Below are positions 9,240-19,639 of a DNA stretch of 20,000 bases, in pieces. How positions within the stretch are numbered: position 1 is the stretch's first letter; the number at the start of each line of letters is the position of its first letter. The notes beneath the pieces are model-generated. The model saw only the letters and a list, made by a program, of their open reading frames with translations. It was not told the DNA's origin and searched no databases. The translations under genes were made by a program, and so were the position numbers. This stretch comes from Emiliania huxleyi CCMP1516 (taxonomy: Eukaryota), in the NCBI RefSeq assembly GCF_000372725.1, contig NW_005201154.1:50181-70180 (forward strand), written 5' to 3'.

Positions 9240-10499
9240 TCACAAGCACCTTCTGCGTCGCGCCGCACACACAAGACCCGTCGACAAGACCCGCGGCTCC
9301 GCGGCTACACCTCTGAGCTCTGTCCCGGAGTCCCGCTCTGCGCTCTCGCTCGAATTTTCCTTTTCTTTATTTTTCCCACGTCCTCCCCGCAAGAAGGCAG
9401 CGCCACGAGGGCACGTCGCGCGCAAACCACATCCGCATCGCTCCGCTCGAATTCCTTTTCGGATCACGAGCAGAGGTCGTGGCGATGAATGGCAGGACAG
9501 CTCCACAGTGCCGCGGAAGGAAGAAAGATGGCAGCCGCTGCAACAAGCCGACCCTCTGTTCTGGCAGCGCATGGAGGCGCACATCGACGGCTGGATCGGT
9601 GAGGAGCACTTCGACAGGCCGGCAAATGGGATGTACTTCAGGACAGTGCCAGCGCCAACGCCGAGAGCTCCAAAGTGGGGTCCCGAGGCGAAGACGAGAG
9701 TGGTGAGAGGCTCCGGCTCGTCGCCAGCCACAAACTGCACCAGGCAAAGGTCTGAGCCCAGCACCGCCTCTGGCCGCATGTGCAGTTCTCTGCTTGAGAG
9801 AAAGGCGATGTCCAACCAGTGGCCAGTCGCGCCGGATGACTGCTGAGCGCACCGCTCCGCAATGACCCGCAGCGTCGAAACCACCCGGCTCGCCCCAAAG
9901 ACGATCCCAGGCTGGCCGGCCTCGCTCGCCTGCGCCTTGACGCCGAACTCAAAGGCCATCGACAGAAAGCTGCGGACGCCATCCTGCATCTCGTCCTGAG
10001 TCATCTCCTGGTAGTGTGTGCCCATCGAGTCCTCGTAGGTGCCGGGCGGGCGCGGCAGAGCGTTGGCAAAGTAATGGAGGTCCGGATCCTCAAGCAGACT
10101 CAGAGCCAAGTCCTCCGCCTCCTCCGTGGATGGGGCGTTGCTCAGGATGGACAGGATCTCCAGAAACCGAGGCCAGCTGTGCTTGGCGCCGACCACGCCG
10201 AGCCGAGCTCGCTCCCCCTGCACCTCCGCGTCGGTCTCCGAATCGGTTCCCACCCACAGGCAAAAGTGGCCTTGGAAAAGGACAGCAGGGTCGCGGACGA
10301 ACCCGAGGGGGGCTGACAGCGCGATCCCCAAAAACGGCATCATGTAGCTGGTAAACAGGGCCGCCGCTGAGTTGGTGCTCTGGCTGATGACGCCCGCGAC
10401 GGTGTCCCTCCGCGCGCGTAGACCCTCGGCCAGCTCCTTCATCTTTTCGCGGGGCTCGAGCTCCTCTGGCGAGTCCTCGGCAGCTGCCGCCGCGGACAT
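9240..10499 (-). CDS. Hypothetical protein (true 3' end uncertain)
   Basis: 419-codon ORF with ATG at 10499. The first ~270 aa look protein-like; the distal part is Cys/Arg/Ser-rich and may be non-coding. No domain recognised. Confidence 0.5.
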   Translation of the reverse strand: MSAAAAAEDSPEELEPREKMKELAEGLRARRDTVAGVISQSTNSAAALFTSYMMPFLGIALSAPLGFVRDPAVLFQGHFCLWVGTDSETDAEVQGERARLGVVGAKHSWPRFLEILSILSNAPSTEEAEDLALSLLEDPDLHYFANALPRPPGTYEDSMGTHYQEMTQDEMQDGVRSFLSMAFEFGVKAQASEAGQPGIVFGASRVVSTLRVIAERCAQQSSGATGHWLDIAFLSSRELHMRPEAVLGSDLCLVQFVAGDEPEPLTTLVFASGPHFGALGVGAGTVLKYIPFAGLSKCSSPIQPSMCASMRCQNRGSACCSGCHLSSFRGTVELSCHSSPRPLLVIRKGIRAERCGCGLRATCPRGAAFLRGGRGKNKEKENSSESAERDSGTELRGVAAEPRVLSTGLVCAARRRRCL

Positions 10500-10733
10500 C
10501 TCGGCGCCACCGCTGCGCTGCGACGCCCCTCCTCAAGAAGGAGCCCCTTGAGGGGCGAACGTCTTGTGCACGGCGCCTCGTGGCTCTTCACAATAAAAAA
10601 ATTCCAGGCTTATAGCGGGGTGGGCCCGAGGGTGACGCGTCGAGCAGCTCGTGCAGCCGAGCATCGAATCTGTCGTGTTAGCGGAGGCCTGGAGTCCTGT
10701 GCCGTGCAGGCAGCCTTGCCCTTGGCTGTGCAC

Positions 10734-11214
10734 ATGTGGAGCAGCATCAACGCTCTGAAGCAGCAGGAGATCTGGCTGTCCAAGGCGTCACGAATGGGCC
10801 AGTCCGACTTCGTACGCCAGGTGCGCGCGGGGTTCACTAGTCTTACCTCGCGGTGTACCGACCCAGCAGCCCCATTTCTGCCCTCAGGTTGGCGGCCGGC
10901 GTTTGCCACAACTGGGGTCCGTGCACACCACTCCGGCCTTGGAGGGGGCAGAGGCGCGGCAGGTGCGCAACTTTGAGAGGCCGATCACCAAGGCAAGGTG
11001 GATGACGACGGAGCCATTCTATCTGTCTGTCCCGTCGGACAAGGTTGTGCCGACCACAGGGCAATGGGTCAAGGTCAAGTCGAAGCTGCAAGCGGCGGCC
11101 AAGCTCGCCGCCAGCTCCACCGCGCTCAAGAGCCGAGTAGACGCCGACTCTCGCCTGGCAGCAACCGCGCTCTTTGGCGCTTTGCCATCGCCACCTCGAG
11201 TCCTTGCGGACTGA
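10734..11214 (+). CDS. Hypothetical 137-aa protein, 2 exons (10734-10820, 10888-11214)
   Basis: A canonical 67-nt CAG|GTGCGC...CCCTCAG intron joins MWSSINALKQQEIWLSKASRMGQSDFVRQ in frame to VGGRRLPQLGSVH...RVLAD*. Confidence 0.6.
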
Positions 11215-11280
11215 GAATCGTGTATCCCTGTGTGTTTTACCTGAGACGGTGTTGGGCTTTCACAAGACGGTGTGTTGTGG

Positions 11281-11833
11281 TAGAGGGTCCACAGCGCCCC
11301 AAAATCCACCAGTGTGGGATTTCGCGCAATCGCTTGACTCTGAATAGCTCGCATGTACCTCCTGCGAGCGCTGTGATCGCCGCAGACTGGCTCCAACTTG
11401 ACGGCGGCATGGAGACGTGATGCCTCCATGCCGCCGTCAAGTCGAAATCGACATGCGAGTCGATCTTTGGCCCGCCAGAGGTACATGCGGCGTTTCGGGC
11501 GACAAACAGCGCTGCGACCGCGAAGTGGCGGTGGACATGCTCCCATGTTGCCGACGCGGCGCCGGAGTGGCCGGCGCTGCTCGCCGCGACCACGACGGCT
11601 ACTCTGATACTCCGGGCCGACCCGTCCTACCCGACGGTGGCACTCTTCCACGTCTCGCTCATGCTGAGAAAAATTCTGAAACGGCGTGCAGCAGAGTCAC
11701 CGACGAGTCGGTCCGCGTGACTCCTCGTGTCCCGTACCGTTCTCACACATCCATAAACTCACTTTGGCCTCACTGAATCGATGCCTCAATCCTGAATCCT
11801 CAGATTTTAGATTAGGACGCTGTGGACCCTCTA
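11281..11833. mobile_element. 553-bp non-autonomous TIR element, hAT-like
   Basis: Perfect 16-bp TIR TAGAGGGTCCACAGCG (11281-11296 / 11818-11833); flanking duplication GTTGTGG (11274-11280 / 11834-11840). Confidence 0.85.
11396..11442. repeat. Perfect 19-bp inverted repeat with 9-nt loop
   Basis: ACTTGACGGCGGCATGGAG-ACGTGATGC-CTCCATGCCGCCGTCAAGT. Confidence 0.95.
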
Positions 11834-11873
11834 GTTGTGGGCTTATCGTACGAACTCGCGCGCAATACAATCA

Positions 11874-13070
11874 TCACTGCTCAGAACTCTCCTCCTCGCC
11901 GTCGTCCGCTTCACGAGCCCTTTGTAGGACCTCTACCAAGCTATCCGCAGGCACTCCGTTTGCAACAGTTGTGCCGAGCCGCACACCCATCGCCGAGTCT
12001 GAGCCCTCAATGATGGGGACGAGAGAGACGGCGGCATTCGGCGCAGCCACGAGTTCCTTTTGCATTTCGCCGTAGTAAACGCCTCCACCGTCATTCCGTC
12101 GGATGCATTTTGCAGCTTCCGGATGCTCGGCCGTGAAGCGAGCCTCCTCGGCTCGGCAAAGCCTGCCCACGGCCAGCACGCTCAGACACGTCTGCTGCAC
12201 GCCGCGCACGCTGGTCTGCACGTCATCAGCATAGAGCTGCGGGTTCTGCGCCGATCGTTCCAGCGCAACTTTTGCTCGCAGCCCGTCGTCGATCGCCTCG
12301 ATAATCGCCAGGTCTGCCATCCGACCGCCAGGCAGGACAGAAGCGGCCACTGGGTGATCCGGTGGGCTAACCCCAAAGCCGGTGCAGGAGAAGGGGCGCG
12401 GCTCGCGCTGCTTGACGACAGAGGCCGAGGGGCCTTGCTGCTCGTGTATCCATGGACCGGCTCGCCAGAGAATCGAGGTGGGGAGGGAGGAGGAGTGGCA
12501 CTCCTCGAGCGAAGCCTTCAAGTCCGTTGGGAATAGAGGACGTGCGGGCGTTGGCTCAGCCTCCAGCGCCTCGGCGCGTTCCTCTGCTCTGCACATCCAT
12601 GTGTGGAGCTCAGCATTGCGAGCGCTTCTCTCCTCTGCACGACGAAGAGCATACTGCTGCGGCGAGACGCCGTAGGAGTCAGGTGCTGTGGCGTCAGCCC
12701 CAGCATTGAGAAGTGCCTCACACACACCCCGGAAGCCCTCCTGTGCTGCGTAGCTCAGCGGAGTGGTTCTTGCACGGCCAGTGGGTAGGTCGGGAGTAGC
12801 GCCTGCGGCAAGAAGCGCGACGGTGCACTCGAGTGCTCCCACCATCGACGCTGCTGCGAGTGCAGTCAGTCCAGAAGAGCTTGCAGCATCGGGGGATGCA
12901 CCCGCAGCGAGCATGGCCTTGAGGAGCTTCACGCGACCGACTTCGGCGCACGCAACCAGCGGCGACTCACCCTGCGGCGACAGACCCGACACGCCTCCGG
13001 GCCATGTAGCGAGAGCCTCCACAACCTCCTCTGCCGTGCCGCCACGGACAAGATCGACGAGGTTTGGCAT
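11874..13070 (-). CDS. Ankyrin-repeat protein (~398 aa; an in-frame intron near 12310-12410 is possible)
   Basis: GESPLVACAEVGRVKLLKAMLAAGA, GLTALAAASMVGALECTVALLAAGA, TTPLSYAAQEGFRGVCEALLNAGAD, DSYGVSP. First ATG at 13070. Confidence 0.85.
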   Translation of the reverse strand: MPNLVDLVRGGTAEEVVEALATWPGGVSGLSPQGESPLVACAEVGRVKLLKAMLAAGASPDAASSSGLTALAAASMVGALECTVALLAAGATPDLPTGRARTTPLSYAAQEGFRGVCEALLNAGADATAPDSYGVSPQQYALRRAEERSARNAELHTWMCRAEERAEALEAEPTPARPLFPTDLKASLEECHSSSLPTSILWRAGPWIHEQQGPSASVVKQREPRPFSCTGFGVSPPDHPVAASVLPGGRMADLAIIEAIDDGLRAKVALERSAQNPQLYADDVQTSVRGVQQTCLSVLAVGRLCRAEEARFTAEHPEAAKCIRRNDGGGVYYGEMQKELVAAPNAAVSLVPIIEGSDSAMGVRLGTTVANGVPADSLVEVLQRAREADDGEEESSEQ

Positions 13071-13142
13071 TTCCAGGAGTGAAACGTTCGAGAAAGTTGA
13101 ATGTCGGCGGCATCGAGCAGCCAATGGCAAGCATCGCCGTCC

Positions 13143-15134
13143 ATGCAAGGCGAGCTGAGCGCTTTCCTGGCGCAGCACGGATGGTCAGCACGAGTCGAGG
13201 CGCACGAATGGTCCCGGTCGATCGCTCACGATCCGAAGAAGGCTGTCGCATCAAGTGGCAAAGAGCCAACTTCGCCAAGAGTTACCCTCCCAAAGTTGCC
13301 GCAATCGCCACGGCGGTCTGATTTTTCGAAGCCATCGCCCGTCTCGGCCTCAGGGCGTGCACAGCAAGCTGACGAGAAAATTCGCGACGACCCCATTGCA
13401 CGAGCGAGACGCCGTGGGTCGTCCCACGCAGCCCCGCCGCTAGGCTGCCGCTGCCGTGTGATGTCCATGGAACCGAGTCCCTCGCCCACGTTGGCTGAGG
13501 CTGCTGTTGACCATAAGGCAGCTCTCTCTCTCTCTCTCTCACGGCCGTCAGCCTTGTCTATTACAATGCGGGTCTGCTTGGTGTAGGCGTTTGCAACGCA
13601 TCTCAGTTCTCCACGACCAAAAGTCATTGCGGAGGCAGTCATCGCAAGCGAAGAGTCTCAGTCGCTGGAGCTGGGCATGCGTAGCGTCCACTTGGCGGCG
13701 CGAGCAAGCTCAAGCCGGCCACCGTCGCCTCCGCTACCGCCAATAACGTGCATGCCTCTCGCGTCGCAGCGACTTGGTCTACTTGGCTACTCGCGGTCCC
13801 GGTGCATCCATGCGTCAACGCCATTGCCTACGTCAGTATTCGTAGACTAAACTCCACCGGCGCTGTGAGCAGATGGTCGAATCTCGTGTCGGGTGCCGAA
13901 ACCCTGGGCGACAAGCTCGACCTGCTGTCGAGCCTTGTAATCGCCGCCCTCGCCTACCCTCGCCTTACCCTCCCGCTCACTTCTCTTTCTCGCCTCTTGC
14001 CCTGCCCTCCCCCTTGCGGCCGCGCGAGTTACTCGGGGTGTGCGTGTCAGATGCTCATCGACGCCAGCAGCGCGCGCAGTAAAGGCTGGCACCGAGCTCA
14101 GGTCGTGCGGCGAGCACGCGTCCTCCTGCAGCGAGGAGAACCCCGCGGAGAAGCAGCTACGAGTACAGCAGTACCCCCGGCGCAGGCTTCGGCGCCCCCT
14201 CAGGCTCCCGTTGGCATCGGCACCTTCGCCAAGGCAACCTCATCACTTCGTCGTCGGGCGCGCGAGGCAGCCGCGAATTTACGTCGGCGTGAGGTTGCTG
14301 ATCTGTTTGACTCGTACACAGCCGAGCAGCGAGAGCAACGCGAGGGGGGCTCTGCTTCACTTCGCTTGGGAACGGGCAAGCCCAGCAGAGAGGTGGAAGC
14401 TTGGAGGCCCCATTCAAAAGCGCCCCGCTTCATTTCAGGCGCGGGATTGCATCGCCCCCTTCTTTCAACCTTTGAGGAGGTGCGAGAAGCGATGCAATAG
14501 CGATGTGAGATGAGCGGAGGGAGTGGGACTCACACCACGGCCTCCCACCCCCATGTTGCCCGCTACCGCTTTGTGCAGATGCTACGGATGTATTATCCAA
14601 ACGCCAGCCGCGAAGAGATTCGCACCTGGTGTGGATGGGTGAAGCCGAAGGAGCAGGAGGAGGGACGGCCCACGTTTACGCCCGCACAGGTGGGTCGTCG
14701 AGAATCCACCGTTCCCGCCTCTTTACCATCTCATTCGCCACCAGTCCTCACCGCCCGTTTCCACGATGCACGTCAGCGCGCCGAAGTGGCACGGCTCTTT
14801 GCTGCGTACGACGCGGACAACTCCGGCGGCATTTCCCTCGCTGAGCTGCAAGCTGCCTTTGGGACAACTGAAGGGGCGCGCCAGCACAGCCCCCGCCAAA
14901 GATTGCGGTTGTCGCGTGCGCACCCCGCAACACTGGAGACCGCATTCCTCTGTGCCACAGGCGGAAGAGCTGGGTCGCATCTTTGCATCGGCGGACTCTG
15001 ACAGCTCTGGCATGCTGGAGTTGGCCGAATTCGAGGTGCTCGCTCACGAGATGAAGCTTTTCGAGGCGTTCGGCAAGGTTCTTGTGGGCCCAGTGAAACC
15101 ACGCCGTGTGGCTCGCGCGGGTGATCCGGTCTGA
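13143..15134 (+). CDS. Multi-exon EF-hand calcium-binding protein (5' exons tentative)
   Basis: C-terminal exons encode canonical loops DADNSGGISLAE and DSDSSGMLELAE, with stop at 15134. Upstream AG/GT-bounded coding-like segments at ~13143-13413, ~13587-13747, ~13846-13936, ~14051-14345 and 14579-14689. Confidence 0.6.
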
Positions 15135-16107
15135 AATCATACAAGTCATGTGTCGCATGCGTGTACGGAAGCACACGCGTCGGTGCCGCACAGTATTGTG
15201 ATCAGAGGGTGCGGTTTGCAGCTACTACGGCCGTGCTGGGGCCAACGAGCAACGTCTCTGTGGACTGTCAGGACGTGGCGCTGAGACGAAGATGAGCGGC
15301 CGTGACAACGGTATGTGCAGAGCTCTGAAAAGCGCGGGAAGCATAAGACTTGCGAACGCTGCCGGCGCGCACCGCTCGACACACTCCGACTTTTCCGATA
15401 AGCAAAGGACCGAAACACTTCTCCCATCGTGCAACGCTTACTTCCCCCCCTTCCCGCACTCCAGAATCTCCGGTTGCCCAACTGCGCTACCCCCACAGGA
15501 GGCAGCCATCCACCTCTCATACTACGTTGTTGCACGTGTCTGTGGACACATTTAGGATTAGCATTTAGGGGAGAGCCTGACCCTGAGCGGACCCGGGGCC
15601 CGATATCGTACTTCGTAGCTGGTAGAGCCGTGAAGGACTCGCAAGTCTCACCCATCGCTCCCTCACTGTCCGTCGCGCGTCGAGAGAGTTACAAAAGCAT
15701 TATCAAACTGCAAGCAACCCATCCCACAAAAAATCGGGCGGTTGGGGTTCCCCCCCCCCATCCCGGCATGTATCTTCGTTATCTCGAACCCAGGCTGGCA
15801 GCAACCGTTGAACCCACCCTGCACAAAGATCGCACGGGCGGGGACCTGTTCCTTTTTACCCATCTCACAGTAGAGGTGTCCGTTTTTTTTCATTTATTTA
15901 TCTTCGTTATCTCACTCGAGGCGGGTCTCGCAGTCTACGCAGATCTCGTGTGTGGCTGTGGGGAGGCTGCGACCCGGTACACCCGTGCTACGACTCTGGT
16001 ACGACGCGACTGAGTATGGGGTGGGAGCATGCAATCCGTGGCACGGCACTCCATGCCTCACTCAATAGGGGCCGTGCGCGCAAGTGCACGAGGCCCTCAA
16101 TACTTGT

Positions 16108-17138
16108 CTACTCGGGCGGCCCCGCCGGTGCCCGCTCCGCAGCAGGCCCGGGAGGCGGCTCCGAAGGCGACGGCTCTGGCGCCTGGTCTGGGAGGGGTGC
16201 CCCCTCAGGGGGCCCACGCAGCGAGAAGGCGGGGCGCACCAGCTCGCTCTTCGCGGAAGTCCCGCCCGGCGGCGGCCCCGCCACCGCCGCCGCCGCCTCG
16301 CCTGCTGCTGCCGTCCCCCTTGGCCCTGCTGCAGGGGCCGGCGGCTCGAGCGACGACCCCGCCTGCTGCTCCCTCACGCGGCAACGTGCGGGCACCCCCT
16401 CGGGCGGCCGGGCGCCGTCTTTCCGCGCCCTCTTGGACGAGAGGCCGACGTGAGGCTCGATGCCGTCGATGATCGAGGCGAGCGGTATAGAGACGGATTG
16501 CGAGGCCTGGCCCTGAGGGAAAGGGAGGGAAGGGGCTCGGGCGGCGGGGGGAGGCGGCGGGCGCGGCTTTCAGCGTGCTGTGTGCGAAACCCACGCCGAG
16601 TCGTACTTCCCTCCGCACCTCGCCAGCAGGAAGGGCTGGGCCGGCGGGGCAGGGCGTGCACACGGGGCCGCCGCACCATGTGAATCACGCCCTGGCTGAC
16701 GCCTCCGGGCTCGCCGCGGGGTGGAGGGGCGCTGGGGCCAGCGCCATCGCTGCTCGCCACCGGTGCGGCGGCGTGCGGCGCCGCCGGAACTGGCGGTGGA
16801 GGCATCATCGCTGCAGCGAGGAGGTCCGCTTCAGGCACGTCCAGCGCTCCGATGGTCAGGCCTGCATGGCGCCCGGTCTCGCGAAGGGCGGAGAGCGTGT
16901 TGAGCTCCAGCGCGGTCTGAGTGAGCGCCGCCGAATTTGCGTGCTCCAGGGATTGCAGCCTCCCCTCCATTGTGGATATCCGATCGGCAGTTCGCCGCAG
17001 CGCTGCCGCCTGCAGCTGGCCGAGCTGGTTGATCTGCCGCACCTCGGCGAGGAGGTGGGCGAGGAGGTCGGTGTAGTTCTCGACCGACGCCGGCTCTCCG
17101 CCCGGCGGCGGCGGCTCCGGCCCACCCTCGCTGGACAT
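16108..17138 (-). CDS. Hypothetical protein with N-terminal coiled coil and Pro/Ala-rich tail, 2 exons (17138-16677, 16512-16108)
   Basis: A GT-AG phase-0 intron (16676-16513) with pyrimidine tract joins ...QGVIHM in frame to GQASQSVSIPLASII...GPPE*. Confidence 0.65.
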
Positions 17139-17475
17139 GACACGCAATCGAAGGCTCTACGTTGTTTGGTCCATTGCTCGTGTGTTATCGTAGGCCTGGC
17201 ACGGGTATTTTCATCAGGGAGGTCACTGGAGATCGGAGACCTCGCGATCGCCATCAACGGGCTGCCGACAGCACCAGTGGCCTACAGACCGTACAGCCCC
17301 ATGGGGTTATAACAAAATATGTGAGTGTGGTCCATGTCCATGCCGCCGCCGCGGCCTGCGCCTGCGCCGCCATCTGCGCTCCCCAGGAAACCTGCGGTGT
17401 GGATCTACTCTCACTGGCTGCGGTCTCCTCTTGATAAGTGTCATAAGTGTGGCTGGGGTATGTGTGTGTCAGAGC

Positions 17476-17640
17476 CTGACAGCACCCGCCACCCCGACAG
17501 CACCACCTGACAGCACCTGACAGCACCGGCCCTACGTCTCTGTACTCTGACAGGCGGTCAGCTCCCCGCAGCAGCGGCTTGACAGCTCTGACAGCTCCGA
17601 CAGCGTCTGACAGCACCGCCTGACAGCACCTGACAGCCTG
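17476..17640. repeat. Degenerate minisatellite, unit ~CTGACAGCAC
   Basis: About ten copies of (C)TGACAG(C) at 9-14 nt spacing, in two clusters. Confidence 0.85.
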
Positions 17641-18193
17641 AAAGCCCCAGGGCCCAGCCCCGCACTCGAGACTCGTCTTTTTTTATCTCTTCCAAATGTA
17701 CAAAAAATATCTTCACGCACCACCCGCGCACCCCCACGGCCACGCGCACGTGTGGCTGTGGGGTGTGCGATTATCGGTTAATTTTATCGGCGCAGTGCGC
17801 GATCCTCGGACCTCGCGCGGCCTGGGGGGCCAGACGCAGACCTGGGCTCTCTGAGAGCCCAGGTAGAGGAAGAGGGTTGTGCTTTTTTGCAGGAATACCG
17901 TAGAGCTGTGGAAACGGCTGCGGCCATAACAGTACGCAAGCACACGCACCGAGGCGTCCTCTTTGCCGGCCAACAGCCGGCGAGGGAGCACATGCAGGAG
18001 GTCGATGAGACTCGGAGGTATCGGCCGCAGCGCGGCTGCTGCTCGCAGCGGAGCATGCACAGGTACACTTCGCGCGTCACACACGCCGCTGGCCGGTCCG
18101 CGGTCTCGGCACCCCGAGGGAGACTTCAAGCTTAGGCGGGAGAGGCGGCCGCACGTCGGCGGGGCGGGGCCACCGCGCAGCGAAGGGCGGCGC

Positions 18194-19514
18194 TCACGGC
18201 ATGTCGAGCTTGGCGGCGAGGTCCTGGTAGTTGCTCGAGACAATCGAGTGGACGTGCTTGGCGAGCGCCTGAGGGAGATGCCGCGCGCGTGTCGCGGGCA
18301 TGCGGGGGCCCGGCGGTTGGGCCCCGCCCCCACCGGCTCTCGCCGCCTCGCGCAGCTCGCAGCGCGACGAGTTCTAGGGAGTGTGTAGGGAGTGTCTAGG
18401 GAGTGTCTAGGAAGTGTCGCCTCTCGCAGCTCGTCGCGCGACGAGTTCGCCTATCTCGGGCCAACCTGGCTCATCTCGGGCAATCTCGGCGGATCTCGAG
18501 CTCGAGGCGCGGCTGCGTCGCAGCCAGCCGGGAAGTTGTCGGTCACGCACCCCTCCGAGAAGCGCGACACGTCCACCTCCTCGCCAAAGTGGAGCGCCGC
18601 CGGGTAGTACTTGACTGTCCGCTGCTCGCCTGCGCGCGACACGGCTCGAGCCGGTCGGAGAATGCCGCCGGGGCAGAGGAGGCGATCGCTGCAGGAAAAC
18701 GCCGCGCGCCAATCTCCCCGCCGACGGTGGTTGGCGGCGGGCAGATCGGGTAGGTGAACATGGAGAGGGGGTAGAAGTGCGTCGGCCGGTCCGCCTGGCG
18801 CAGATGACTCGAGATGGCTCGAGGTGGCTCGAGGTTGCCCCGAGGTCCCCGAGGTTGCCCCGAGGTTGCAGTCCCGTCCGCCTTTGCCGACATGAGCCGG
18901 AACATCTCAATCGACTTTGAGTCGAACGGCGCGACCTCGTACTTTCCGTCGTCGCTCGGCCGGTCCCTGCCTCCCGACGGCGCCACCCAGATGCACTTTC
19001 CTCCGTCCGTCATCAGCTGCTGCATCGTCTTCATCACCATCCGGTTGTGCCTGGATGATAATAAATAATATAATGTAATATAATATCCGGTTGTGCCTGG
19101 GGCAGGGGGGCGAGGGCGACGTGGCGTGGCGCGCCCGATGCCAGCCTGGCCTCGAGCTGCCTCTCGGCTGCCTCTGGGCTGTCTCTCGGCCGCCTCTCGG
19201 CTGCCTCTTGGCCATCTCTCGGCTGTCTCTCGGCCGCCTCTCGGCCATCTCTCGGCTACCCCTCGGATATCTCGCGGCCAAGTCTCGCCTCTGCTTTGTC
19301 GACTTGAGCTCTGGCGGGTTGTCGACGTGCTTCTTCGAGAAGATGCAGAGCAGGTTGCGGCCCATCGAGAACGGCATCGCGAGCAAGTCTGTCGTCACGC
19401 GGTCACCTGAGGAGTTGATCGGTCGACTCATCAGCGACGGACGACTGAAGGAAGCAAGCCCTTCGTCATGCGGCCGCCGGCGACGAAGATGGTCTCCTCG
19501 GCAAAGCCGGGCAC
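18194..19514 (-). CDS. Plastid-type glycerol-3-phosphate acyltransferase (ATS1-like), 3' half only; exons 19514-19478, 19406-19289, 19050-18882, 18794-18710, 18629-~18510, 18450-18421, 18268-18194
   Basis: [72 protein letters not shown]...GGEIGEQR are hallmark soluble plastid GPAT motifs. Introns are GC-AG. Confidence 0.9.
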
Positions 19515-19639
19515 CTAGATGGTTCCTAGAAGGTTCCTAGAGAGTTCCTAGAAGATGGTCTCCTCGGCAAAGCCGGGCACCCGGCCGCACGGAGGGGGCG
19601 TGAGAGGGAGGCGTGCAGAGGGAGGCGTGCAGAAGCGGC

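Noticed and set aside
9232..9846. Plus-strand ORFs, including the CRGRKKDGSRC motif at ~9500
   Set aside because: They overlap the longer minus-strand ORF and no consistent gene model could be built, though a degenerate gene cannot be excluded.
15551..15570. TTTAGG/TTTAGGG telomere-like motifs
   Set aside because: Only two or three degenerate units; compatible with chance.
17476..19560. Short repeat arrays as CRISPR
   Set aside because: Units are 10-11 nt with no unique spacers and no cas genes, in a eukaryotic intronic context.
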